Part shown: positions 42,306-54,769 of the stretch, one piece after another
How positions within the stretch are numbered: position 1 is the first letter of the stretch
Layout: each line of letters opens with the position of its first letter
Assembly (NCBI RefSeq): GCF_000150275.1
Contig: NW_002060968.1
Span: 591,788 to 655,787 of the forward strand
Direction of reading: 5' to 3'
DNA: 64,000 nucleotides
DNA from: Trichoplax adhaerens
Taxonomy: Eukaryota; Animalia; Placozoa
The notes under the pieces: generated by a model
The model's input: only the letters and a program-made list of their open reading frames with translations
What the model was told of the DNA's origin: nothing
The model's database searches: none
Made by a program: the position numbers and the translations under genes

Positions 42306-43143
42306 ATGAAATATTACATAAGCATTAGACTCACCTTAACAACGATTCAGAAGAGTGTTATTACTAAAGCCTATCAACAAAATAAAACAATGATTATAAG
42401 ATTATTACCACATCAATAACATGGGAATGATCAATTAGGATTAACTTTAACGCAATACAATAAAGTTGTTAAAGTTAGAAATAACAATAAGAGTGTTATA
42501 CTAAAATTAAGCAGAGATCAAGTATCTTAACAAGCAGGTTGGTTAGGTGCTTTAATGGGTTTAATTCGCGCAGCTGTTCCTAAAGTAATAAAAAATGTGG
42601 TACCATAGCTGGCAATGGCTGCAGCTATCGGTGCTATTTCTGGAACTACATATAAAACAACTGGTGAAAGAGGCATTTTATCTAGCAGTAATATATATAG
42701 GATGCCTTATTCAGAATATGGAGTAAATGTTTAACCATCACAGAAACAGAAACTAGAATCAGCAATAATAGTAAGAGAGGATGTACACTTCGTTTATCTC
42801 ATTCCGAATTAACAGGGTCTGGTAAATCATATCTAACATGTCGACAAATTAATAAAATTAATAAAGCTAAACTGAACAACACTGGTTGTGATATCAAATT
42901 ATCTAAAACTCAAGTAGTCAAAAATGGTGGATTTATTGGTGCTTTATTAGCTGGTATTTTACCTGCTGTTATTAGTGGAATAGCTGGGAGAGGGGTAACA
43001 TTACCTGGAACTATCTCTAAAAAAATAAAGGATTATAAAAAATAAATCAATAAAAAAGGCAAATCAATATATATTCCAAAAAGGATGCATATTCCAGGGC
43101 ATTTACAGACTCCTCCATACGTAGGAAGATGGACACAACGATA
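42306..43143 (+). pseudogene. Putative virion core/membrane-lytic precursor with two tandem repeats
   Basis: Repeat 1: LT..QK..IRL..G...LGLT..Q.NK..K....LKLS..Q..QAGWLGALMG. Repeat 2, whose ATG at 42702 is in frame with repeat 1: QKQKL..LRLS..G..YLT.RQINKI.KA..IKLSKTQ..NGGFIGALLAG..GRGVTLPG. Confidence 0.65.
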
Positions 43144-43609
43144 AAAGTATTAAGTAATATAGCAATTGATCATATCATTCATGAAGAAATATAAGATAAA
43201 AAACTTTCAGGGTGTTTATTCAAAGGATATGTTGCCATAGTCTATGTTACAAAGTGAGTGTTAAGTAGTAAATTTGCAGGATTATTTTGCAGGACCAAGA
43301 ACACATTGGATTTGTTATTATTGTGATCCATCCAGCAATAATGTTGAGTATTTTAATTCATTTAGATTATATCCTCCAAGTGAAATACTATCTTATCTAA
43401 AAACGGCTAAGAAAGGGATAGTGCATAATCGATCACAAATACAAAACATCAGTTCGATTATGTGGGGATATTATTGTTGTTTCTATTTAACAAAATGTAG
43501 CTACAATTATAAACCACTTGATATTTTACTAGAGTATGAGCAGAAGCCGACAGTTTTTAATGAACAGTTGATAAAACCATTTGCTAATTTATTAAATAAT
43601 ATATTATAA
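43129..43609 (+). pseudogene. Adenain-like (C5) cysteine protease, disrupted
   Basis: LSN..FQGVYSKDMLP..VNL..THW..EYFNSF..PP..QIQ..S.MWGYYC. Catalytic Asp>Asn and Cys>Trp, plus stops in the 5' part. Confidence 0.85.
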
Positions 43610-44197
43610 GTGATGTTATCATATTGCATTCGAGAAAGAAATGATATCGATTCTATTCCCGATAGTACGTTACTTGTGGAAACAAAAAATAATAGAATAA
43701 TTATAAAGAGTAAATGTATTTCCCGTGGTTCTATCAAGGCCAGATTTGATAACAGTATTACAGGTTTTGGTAATAAAGATGTCGATTGGTCTACTCAATT
43801 AGCTAATGAACTGCATAAACCAATCAGAAGGAACTTTCCTAAGCGTCGTGTAAGAGTGAATAAAACTGATGATATTTGGTCAGCTGATCTTGTTGATATG
43901 CAGGAATTTACAAAATACAATAAGGGTTACAAATATTTGCTTACTGTAATTGATGTCTTTAGTAAATACGCTTGGAGCGTACCCTGGAAAGAGAAGATAG
44001 GTAACAATACTGCCGAAGCATTCAACAAGATTATTAAATCTAGTCATAGAAAGCCGATCAAGTTATGAGTTGATCAAGGATCCGAGTTTTATAATAGAGT
44101 TTTTGGTAAGATGTTGAACGCTTATAATATTGAGCGCTATAGTATGTACAATGAAAGAAAATCAGTTGTTATTGGGAGATTTAACAGAACGTTGAAG
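43610..44197 (+). pseudogene. Polinton rve integrase with N-terminal zinc-ribbon (DUF5679-like) segment, truncated
   Basis: YCIRER..TKNNR..KSKC..GSIKARF fused to ELHKPIRRNFPKRRV..IWSADLVDM..YLLTVIDVFSKYAW..KL*VDQGSEFYN..GRFNRTLK. W>stop at 44066, catalytic E>G, ends at RTLK. Confidence 0.9.
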
Positions 44198-44317
44198 GTT
44201 TATTTAAAAATCTAGAAGAAAAAACTAAGACTGTTCGGTACCACAAGTAGTTAACTTATTCTTACTCTGCATATTTAAGAAAAGTAATTATAACTGATCA
44301 AAAAGAACAGGAAAAAA

Positions 44318-46352
44318 ATGGAGAAGAAGAACTCAATCGTTGAAGAACACAAGGAAACAATTAAAGCTGCTATTTCAGTATCCCCGAAATATCTGGAATT
44401 ATATCACGATTCCAATTTTACGGACATTAAATTAATTATTGGTGATCGCAGTTTCTTATGCCATCGAATAGTTTTAGCTGCATGTAGTGAATATTTTTGC
44501 GCTATGTTTACGAGTGATTTTAAAGAAAAGAACGAAGTAGATGTGAATCTAGTAGAGATTGATCCTGTGATAGCCTCTCTCGTTATCAAGTACATTTATG
44601 GTCATGAATTAGAATTGACACTAATGGAATTATCGCGTGTTCAGGCGATTTACGCACTAGCTTTGCAATGGACAATCAGGGAATTACAGAAGCAATGTCA
44701 TGATTACTTTACTGCCATCATGAATGCTGAAAATTGCTGTCAACTAGCAAGTTTTGCCGATTATTATCATGCAGCAAAATTATGTGATGAAATTCTAGTT
44801 TATATAAGGGAAAATTTCTTCGAATGTATAAAGGTTAAATCGATCAAAGATCTTTCCTATGATTTACTTATTCAATTAATACAATGTGATTATCTTAATG
44901 TGACAGATGAAGATTCTCTACTAGAATCTATCAGTATCTGGATTGATTCAGATATATCACAGAAGAAAAGATATCTCATATCTTTGTTAAGTAACTTACG
45001 CTTACCTTATATTTCGCCTGAGTCTTTAATTGCAATAGAAGAAAGATATATTGATGTCATTGAAAATTCGCTTGAATATTTAAATATGCTACGACGAGTT
45101 AAAAATTACAGTCTCATTCCAGAAAACTATTTCGATAAATCAGCAAAACCCCGCATGTACATTAAAAATGTTGATTATTGCGGCGTTACGTCCATCCACA
45201 AAAGCGATGCAAAAAAGAGACAGGATTGCTTTAATGTATATGGTATCATTAATAATAAACGTTATCGACTTCAGCGCTTGGATTCCAGTACTTTAGTTGA
45301 TGCCAGTAACATCAATCAAATCGAGCGTGTACGCTTATTAACCTATGCGGCCGTCTGTGTAGGTCATAAAATCATCGTATTTGGAGGCGTTAATGAAGGT
45401 AGATTGAATTAACTTCTATCAATGTGTGATTATAGCAACAACATAAGATTTAAATTCTCGCTAAATCTAGAGACTAGAATACTATTTTGTATAACGATGA
45501 TGATATTTACCGTATCTACTGTATTGTACATGCCTTGTTCTTGTCGTGGATAATTTTTTTTTCGGGAAGATTGTGCGATCGGCTATATTCTACCTGCGCG
45601 ACATTTGAGCTATATCTTTATTTATCATCACAGTAATTCTAGAGTTTTAGAATCTGTGCCATTTCCATTGATGTCATTCCGTATAATCACCATTTATAGA
45701 TAAATTTAAATAAGCTATCTAAAATGTTTAATTTATTGACGTAGATAAGCAAGCTCTGGACTCTATAGTCGCATTCGATGTCCGAAAAACTAAATGGACA
45801 TGTCCTACGTGGGCTTTTGAATTACCGGAACCTTTAGCTTACCTTGCAGCCTGCATTTACAAGGATGATATATATATAATGGGTGGCTTAAACAAGAATA
45901 ATCAGTGTTCAAATAAAGTATGGAGACTATGTAGGCAAAACAAGACTTGGGAAGCAGTAGCACCACTCAATACTGCTCGTAAATGCTGTCAAGTTGTCGT
46001 GGTAGAAAATTTTATTTACATTGGTGGCGGTCTAGATGATAACGAGGACTTGATTACGACATTTGAAAGATATAATCCTCTACTTAACACTTGGAATATT
46101 GTTTATGAACTTAAAACTATACATCATTCCATTCGTTTAATTTACGCTCGTAGTAAATTATTTATCTATCACAGTGAAAGTACTTACGACTGCTACATGC
46201 AAAGCGCAGATGGAAAATGGTATAAAGCTTCCGAACGCGAAATTAGTGAATGTAGTCGAGAAATTCACGGTATTGATTACATAACCGATGGTTATATAGC
46301 CATCGACCAAAAGATGAATGGATATGGCTTCTTTATTCCACGTTGTAAATAG
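44318..46352 (+). CDS. BTB-BACK-Kelch (KLHL-like) protein, 2 coding exons (44318-45398, 45745-46352), ~562 aa
   Basis: BTB (FTDIKL..CHRIVLAACSEYFCAMFT), BACK (ENCC..LNV..E..W..LRLP) and kelch GG repeats. The GT-AG intron joins both ORFs in frame. Confidence 0.9.
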
Positions 46353-47095
46353 GTGTATAACGTCAAACCAGTGAAAGAAATTCCATAAAGTTATGTCATG
46401 AGGACATAGCCAAGGATACTTATACGCATATGTAATAACTCAGACGTTTATGATGGACAGGATGATGAAGATGATGAGTAATGGGAAGAAGATGCCTAAG
46501 AAATAATTGATCTCGCTGGTTAGCTGGAATTCCTCTTTCAAGGTTACTTCATAGACTCGATCAACATTCGATTGAATTTCATCAAGTTAATATTACACTT
46601 AGCCTAACTGTATACAATAGCTAATGTTTAAACAAAGAGCAAAGAAGCAGTGACTTTCATTGATAGATTTGAAGATCCTTTATGTTATAAGAGAAAGCTT
46701 TGTATATGACGGTTATAGAATCAAAGCTGACAGGAATTTATAACAAAAAAAAAAAATTACTTTCATGTGTGTAACTGTGAGTGTAAAACATAGAGTATAA
46801 AATTTGTTGTATTAGGATAAATATTTATGATATTATAGTAAATAGGTAGCTATATAAGAAGCACGGAGAGATGCTAAGGATGTCGAATTAGAGAAATGAA
46901 TGATGAGTGCCACTTGTTATACTATTTATCATCCTAACTGATCGACATGAATTTCCTGTTATGATATAATAAAGTCTACTTTACCGTTAACTGTTATTGG
47001 AAATTTGTATGAAGAAGATNNNNNNNNNNNNNNNNNNNNNNNNNNNNNNNNNNNNNNNNNNNNNNNNNNATAAGTTAATTATTTGTGTATTGCAG

Positions 47096-47383
47096 CTACA
47101 AGTCCGATAGGACCAGATCCGTCTGGAAATATAACGCTTGAAAATGACGTAATTGTACCGATAGGAGATATTAACAAAGCTGAATACTTTGGGGAAACAA
47201 ATCAGTATCCTGACACACTTTAATTAATTTACGTAATAGATAAAAGACAATTATTATGCATTACAAATTGTCATTTTCCTTGATGATATTATTAATAGAT
47301 ATGTAGTATACAATCCTGGCCAGGTAAAGCTCAATTATGTTGTACAAGTAAAATTCGATTGGGTCGATATTTTAGAAGATTGA
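47096..47383 (+). CDS. Last two exons of a third PARP1-like copy (or alternate haplotype of copy 1)
   Basis: Near-identical to 24951-25237, directly after an N-gap. Confidence 0.6.
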
Positions 47384-49284
47384 ATGTAGTTGTAGACGGC
47401 TTAATCAATAGACTAAATATTACAATTACTGTTGTAATATCATGATCAGTTTAAAAAATTATAAGTACACTGTAATGACCATTTATAGTACTTTGATAGG
47501 ATTTTAGGTATTTAGTTTATACATACTAAACTATAAGAAAAATCTTCGACTTTGGGAATTGAGTAAGTCTTTTATACAACACTATTAGTATCGTAAAGCG
47601 CAAGTCTTACAATTTATTAATCTATATGGACTAAAGTAGAAGTACTTTTCTAGCACAGCATACTTACACACTTCGAAAATCCTTATCTAGTCAGTTATAA
47701 AGCATATTTTTTTAAATACAGTAAAAAATTATTATCAATATATTTGATAATCCAGATGTAATGCACTTAAAGCTATGCCTAGATACAATATGGTAGACAA
47801 ATAAGATGGAAATAGTAGAAAAACGTAGGAAAATATATTTGTAGGCATGTTTACCGGTGAATTTATGAGCTTTAAATTAATGATAGCAATAAAGAAAATA
47901 ACTTTCTTCGTAGCTATTTTTTCGAAAGTGAGTGAGGTCTTTGATAAAATAAAAAATTTGTTAAATAAATCTAAAGCTTCTTTTAGCTGTGACTCTTTCT
48001 TTATATTTTAATTGTCCGAAGTTTTTTTTGTTGCGAAGCTGGGGTGGTGACAGCTCTGTGATCGATTTTTCTCTAAACTTAAATAATTATTAGATTCATG
48101 TATCTGAAGTAAATTATTCTTGGCCGGAATTTTAGGAAGTACGATATTTTATGCCTGTAGTCGTGAAGATTCGTAACCGAGATAGTTTTTACGATGAGGA
48201 AGTTCAAATCAGTACTGCATAGTGTAATATGAAAAAGAAGTAATTATATCGTTTTCTAAGATATATTAAAGCGACAGTACAGAGAAAGCTGTCTATCGTT
48301 ATTAAATTAACCGTAACATAGCTTAACTTAAGGTAAATTTCACTTTGTTTATTAGAAAAATATTGCAGAATTGCTTAATGAAAGAGATTTAGACACTTCA
48401 TCATTCGCAGATATCAAAGGAACAGAAAATGCCAAAACAGGATAGCTGTTTATAAACTGCGTATGAGTGTGCTATTGGTAGCAACGATGTAGGTTTTAAA
48501 TGTCTAGCATTAATTCTTGTACGGGAATAACTCTACAGTATTTGGAGGAACTGAAATAACAAGTCGTTTTGTAATATTGATAACTCTAGACTACCAGGCT
48601 GATAAACTACCTACAATGATTATGATAAATTTTACACGATAGAGCTGGTATTAAATCTGAATTACCATTTAATATTACATTAATTATTTAGATGTAGAGT
48701 TATGAACTATCGCAGTTACAGACAGGTATACTCTGAATAAAAAATATTTAGTAGATTTTCAGCTGATAATTAATTAATTAAGGGCAACAATTTGACTAAC
48801 GTTACAAAGGAAGGAAGGGCGTCCTCTACCGGTTGCCTAGTAGCTACGCTACATTGCTGGATATTCAATGGGGCATATTATTATCATATCGAGTTGCTAC
48901 TATAATTATGGCCATCAGGAAGCATCCAGCAGATTTTAGATAATTCATGACTACGAATTATTCTTTTGACTATAGTATATAAGAAAAGGCAATAGTATGA
49001 GGTACAGCTAAGATATAAATAAGAATGTAACTGATCAATAGTCTTTAAACAAACTGAACTGAACTGAACAGTTTGCACATAAAAAACTGCCACCTTACGT
49101 CAGTAATAAGATAGGATGATTAGTGCAAGAGCGATTAATTATATACTTATAACGTATTGCAGGTAAAACGCTATTAATAATCTATAAACCAAGAGGATAA
49201 TCCTATACTTATTTGGTTTCCTAAGCAGCTTACTTGCTATTATTTTATATCTCTGCATCGGTGATTGGAACAGATCATAACAAA

Positions 49285-51817
49285 ATGGAACATGGAGGAA
49301 AACAACGAGTCAGTCACTGTGAAGATCACGAGGAAGTGTTTAAAGCCNNNNNNNNNNNNNNNNNNNNNNNNNNNNNNNNNNNNNNNNNNNNNNNNNNTGA
49401 ATATTTGTGTACTATGTTTACTAGTAATTTTAAGGAAAAGGACGAAGCAAAAATTAACGTAATTAAGATTGATTATAGCATTGTATCGATCGTTATTAAA
49501 TAAATTTATGGTTATATGCTAAAGTTAACATTAATGAAATTATCGCGAGTTCAGGCAGTCTATACGCTAGCACTAAAATAGGCTATCAAGAAATTGCAGG
49601 AGCAATGCCATTGCTACTTTATCACAATCTTAAACGCTAAAAATTGCTGTCAATTAGCAGCTTTTGCTGATTACTATCATGCACAAGATTCATAGCATGA
49701 AATTCTAGCTTAAGTCACTGACAATTTCTTTAGATGTATCAAGACTAAATCACTTAAGGATCTCTCCTATAATTTACTTGTTAAATTAATACAATGTGAG
49801 TATCTTAATATCACTAATGAAGATCAGATACTTAAATCTCTCAATATTTGGATAGATTCAGATACATCCATGTGAGGTTGATAGATCAAGAATCTTTAAA
49901 ACTTTAGAAAATTAAGATTATATTGAACAAAACCTCCTTTACAAAGATACAACGTAATCGATTAGCTGAGGATCTCTAACGAGAAAGATCTATCTTACTA
50001 TATTAAACTACTCGCTTATATACTTTTACGTGTTTACAGTCTTTGCACCTTACTTACTACACACTTCAGTATTAGCATCTCAAATACAGGATAGTTTGCA
50101 CCTTTCATGTGAAGCTCTAGTGTGAGCACTGTAGCGCTCCTCTTCCAAAGGATTACAGTTACTAATCTAGCTATATTTAATACTTTAGCTTCTAACGAGA
50201 ATATCTATCACATGTTGAATACAACACCTACGATAAACATTACTAAATATATCATCAACTTAGAATACAATATTACACTGTCTTACAATCCAGTAGGAAA
50301 AATTGATAATATCTCTCTTATGTCATTTGTGTTTAGTATACATTTTGCCGGAATCTTTAATTTCTATAGATGAAAGATATATGAATGAAATTGAAAATTC
50401 GCTTGAATATTTAAATACGATACGACGAGTTCAACATTACCGACAAAATCATGAAAATTATTTCGATAAATCGACGAAGCCACGCACGCACTATGAAAAC
50501 ATCGATTTTGTTGGCGTTATATTAGTCCACGTAGCCGATATTAAAGAAGATTGTTATAATTTACACGGTATAGTAAAATGCAATTGCTATCCTCTTTATA
50601 GATTTGTTTCCAGTACTTCAGATAAAGTTAGAGATTTTACATTATTTGAGTGTGTGCGCTTGATCTATGCAGTTGTTTGTGTTGGTCATAAAGTTGTTGT
50701 TTTTGGAGGCATTAATACAGTTAAACTGAAAAAATTAGTCTATCGATAATCTTTGGCCAGTAGAAAATATGGCCATACAATAATAGTATTTGGCGCCGAA
50801 TTAGCTGTAACACTTGTCAAATTTCGACATCAAAATTCTAACTCGTATGCACAGATGTCTATATTTATCTACGATATAAATTTAAACCTAAACTATCTGA
50901 TATTTTTTTATCAAATAAATCAATTGCAGTTATTATCATACTACCTATGCAACTTAAACCTCCATAAATTATAATTATGAATTAATATAGTGACCTAAAA
51001 GTTTTGACAAATTTTTGTTACTTCTAATCCTTCACTAATGAATGTTCACTGTTTATAGAGAGATTTCAAATTAATTTTAGTTATATCATGTACTCGTATT
51101 CAATTTTTAGACGTAGAGAAAGAAGTTCTGAATTCGGTAATTGCATTCGATTTCCGAAAAGCTGAAGGGACAGTTCCAGTGTGGGGTTTTGACTTACCAC
51201 AACCCTTAGCTTACCTTGCTGCTTGCATTTACAATGGCGAGATATATATTACGGGTGGCTTAAATGAGGATCGTCAATGTTCCAACAAAGTATGGAAACT
51301 AAGTAGACAAAGCAAGACTTGAGAAGAAGTAGTATTACTGAATGTTCCTCGTAAATGCTGCCAAGCTGTTGTTGTTGATAATTATATCTATATTGGCGGC
51401 GGTCTAGATGATAATGAAGAATTAATTACAACATTTGAAAGATATGATCCTATACATAATACTTGGAATTTCGTTTATGACATTACAGCATCAAATCTTT
51501 CAATACGTTTGCTTTATGCTCGTAGTATACTACTTATCTACCGCACTCAAAGTTTTCACAAATGCTACATGCAAAGTCTAGATGGGAAATGGTATAAAAC
51601 TTCCGATTACAAAATTAGCGAATTTAGTAGGGAAATAAATGATAAAGATTATATAACCGATGGTTATATAGCTATTAAACAAATTACGATTGAATATGGC
51701 TTCTTAATTCCTAGTTGTAAATGGCGGCGCAATATCAAGATATTCGATGCAATTCCCAAAACATCAAGTCGTGCAAAATTTGAGAACCGTAGATTGGCCA
51801 TCTATCCTAGTTTCTAG
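49285..51817 (+). pseudogene. BTB-BACK-Kelch pseudogene interrupted by a solo LTR
   Basis: Colinear with the 44318 gene. Multiple stops (e.g. 49501, and W>stop at ~51320), an LTR in BACK, and a matching intron position (~50720-51117). Confidence 0.88.
49871..50287 (-). mobile_element. Solo-LTR-like insertion, 417 bp
   Basis: TGTGAG...CTTACA with TSD ATCCA (49866-49870, 50288-50292). Splits WIDSDTS|..ISLL of the kelch frame; TATATAAGC on the minus strand. Confidence 0.9.
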
Positions 51818-52704
51818 TCGCGAATGGCGGTGTAATATCAAGCAAATCGATGCAAATTCCGAGAAAATCAAATTGCAGATCACAATTTAATTTTTCCACT
51901 AAAAGTTAAACATATTTTATAATTTAATAATTATACATATGATCTTATGAATGTGGATAACTGCTGCGATATCTTTAATTATAATAATAAATATCTTTGC
52001 TCTTGTAATTGTCAAAGAAAAACTAATCATGTTCATCGAATTTACTTGATATAGTAACTTTGACTTATTTATATTCGGTGTTGTCACGGTGTGAACCATC
52101 GTAAAGAGTAGATGACTAAATTTAGTGTTTAACATTTATGTATGGAGATAACTAATAATAACTTACAGTAAGAACTATAGTAGTTATTGTTTTGTTACAG
52201 TAAATTAAACGGTATTGTAGTAAGAGTTCTCATAAGGTAACTAATATTAATTGATTATAGTGTTATGTCTTGTAACGCTTGTGATGAATATGCTGAAGAT
52301 ATTCATCACAATACCAAGATTGGATATTAGATTGAAAAGAAATTAGGCATTGTAAATAATTTAATGGTTAAAGGTCTAATCAGAATCATTAAATATCAAA
52401 AGTTAGAATAATAATATTGCTAACCCAAATATATTATCTGAATCATCTACAATTGAACGCAATATTTAAATAATTGCTAGTAAGCGATTAGCCATCTATC
52501 TGATCTTATACTAGGAATTTGTCGTTATTTAAGTAATATTTTATTATGTCAAATTTAAGGAAATATTATGGTATTGATCTATTGTATTCGTTTTTAAAAG
52601 GGCATAACGATTTATTATGATAAATAAATATGAAAGTCGATGATCTATGATGAAAATTACTTTATCAACTTGTGACTGCACATTGTGGATGACTGTTACA
52701 AGCG

Positions 52705-53070
52705 AGTTTCGTGACAAGGATAAAGTGAACAAATCTCTAAATTGCTATAGTCTCCGGGATTCAATACTCCTTGACTACCTCATAAGAATTTAGACGCCTT
52801 CGCTTTTACGTTAAACAGTTTTAGAATTCTTATTTTGTTCAGCTATCTGCCGAGTTTAAATACCCTTAGGCAGCAGCCATCATGAATGAGTCATCACAGA
52901 TCATGAAATTTAGTTCATATTGGATAGTAAACTGGTACAGAAAATACTCATAATGGTAGACATGAACCGAACGATTTGAGATAATTAGACTACAGCAAGC
53001 CCAAATGCAGAATTATATATGATATCATCTATCATTTAATGTCTTCAAAATATTTATCACAAGCGTTACT
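52705..53070 (+). repeat. Dispersed ~360 bp repeat family, copy 3
   Basis: Matches 9664-10030. Confidence 0.8.
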
Positions 53071-53246
53071 TCGTACCTTGACATCAGCACGATAAGAAGT
53101 TTTAGCAGTTGAGATACATCAACGGTCATTATAAAAAATTAACTAGGTTCAGTGAGACAAGTAATAATTGCCATTTAAAAATTTCATTAGAAAATGACAA
53201 TAGCTTCATGCTCCTAATTTCAGGATAATTATTAGTTTTTGATATC

Positions 53247-53808
53247 TGTAATGTAACTTAGTATTGTGATTGTAGACTGTTAGCCATGTTTAGTATAATG
53301 TACGGTAGCGTAACTTCTATATTTATCCTAAGAGATATTTGGTAGCCATAACTATAGACTGTAGTTGTATAGACTCTATGCTAGAGTACAGATGAATATA
53401 TACAGTAAGGTGTTGAGTTACTAATAAGGCTATAGGTAATAATAGAACTGTAAATCATATATTAGGATGTGGTTAATTCATTGTACTTTGGCTGAGATAA
53501 ATAATGCCTACGTAAATACTGTAGTCATAATCATATTGGATTAATGATAGTCCACAGTAGAATGGCGTTCCTAAGAATAATTTAACTATATATAAAATAA
53601 GGTAAAAGGTTGCCGTGAGGATTGTAGCTGCGAATGCTACGAAAAGTATAAAAGCATGCAATTTTAGATTATTCAGTTAGTTCGTTGTAGAAGTCTTTAG
53701 TAGTAGTATTCGGCTGGAGTAGAGCTGTGTGTAGATAATCTTCGTATAAGATTCAATAATGTCCTTATTTTTCTAAAATTTGGAATTTCACGATCGGTAT
53801 ATATCACA
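53247..53808. mobile_element. Solo-LTR-like insertion, 562 bp (inverted relative of 22095-22646)
   Basis: TGTAAT...ATCACA with TSD ATATC (53242-53246, 53809-53813). Confidence 0.9.
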
Positions 53809-54352
53809 ATATCAAAAGAATTTGCTGATATATAAATTAGTATCAAGATAGTAATTTGGTTTTAAGACTGTTAAGAACAGAATTTTCGATATCTTTTGAC
53901 GACAATAGCCCTTCATACTTTCTTATTAATTAAGTGATGCGAATTATTCTAAATAAAGTTTAGCTGAGTGATTGGCTTGTACCTGCATTTTAGACTGGTT
54001 TGTAATGGCTGAGTAATAGTCTGCTGCTATTAATGTAGGTTCACTTACGTTATACAAAAATTGAATTAACAAAATTGAGTAATTTTCTAATATGACACGC
54101 AAAGGTCAGCACCCAAAAATAGACTTTAATGACAACCTTTATTATTGCATCTGATTGTGGAAGAAAATTTCAAATTTTTCTTCTCATAAGAACAGTAGAA
54201 AACGACTAAAATGAGCCGAGTAATTATTCTATACTTAGATAAATTTGCACATAATTCAATTCGCTTCTTTGTAAAGTATGCCTATAAATGCTTCTATTCT
54301 AGTAGCCATACTAATTCGAGATTGTAAATGCTCGATTTAATACCTTACTAAG

Positions 54353-54769
54353 TGTAGTGCAGCCCAAATATAGCTTAAGATTATATACAGTATGTGTGAA
54401 TATCGTGCATGACGTAATTACTAGGCTAATTAAGATAGATACCCTTGTATAGGTGCTAGATCGTAGAGTGAGATTAAATATGTGAGGATTTGTATTAGTA
54501 ATTGCAATACGGATTGTAAAAGTTATTAGTCATACTGCTTGGCACCTCCAGGTACGCTAGAGGTGTGATGTTAGCCTTATTAAGGTAGATAATGATTTAT
54601 GTGTCACGAAGATACTCTGTACACAATTGTATATAAGCAGGAGATTTTATCGCCGAAGACAGAGTAGCCATAGATAATCTAGTCCTTGGTAGAAGACGTA
54701 ATTATTGTAATAAAGTGATTTTCCTTCAAGTTGTGGAAGTCGTTGCGTTTCGATAGACACTTTATTACA
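54353..54769 (+). mobile_element. Solo-LTR-like insertion, 417 bp
   Basis: TGTAGT...ATTACA with TSD CTAAG (54348-54352, 54770-54774). TATATAAG at ~54630 and AATAAA at ~54709. Confidence 0.85.

Larger units (their letters stand above)
41034..44197 (+). mobile_element. Fossil Polinton/Maverick (adintovirus-like) internal fragment
   Basis: Four abutting intronless co-oriented pseudogenes: major capsid, core protein, adenain and rve integrase. No TIRs, pPolB or ATPase seen. Confidence 0.88.

Noticed and set aside
43610-45412. Integrase-kelch fusion protein (both in the same frame)
   Set aside because: Stops at 44066, 44213 and several more intervene, and the candidate splice would be out of frame.
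44318-46352. Kelch gene as viral cargo (poxvirus-like BTB-kelch)
   Set aside because: It has a spliceosomal intron and a paralogue not linked to viral genes, and it is intact while the viral genes are decayed.
50122-50373. 83 aa ORF
   Set aside because: It runs across the LTR/kelch pseudogene junction and has no recognisable motif.
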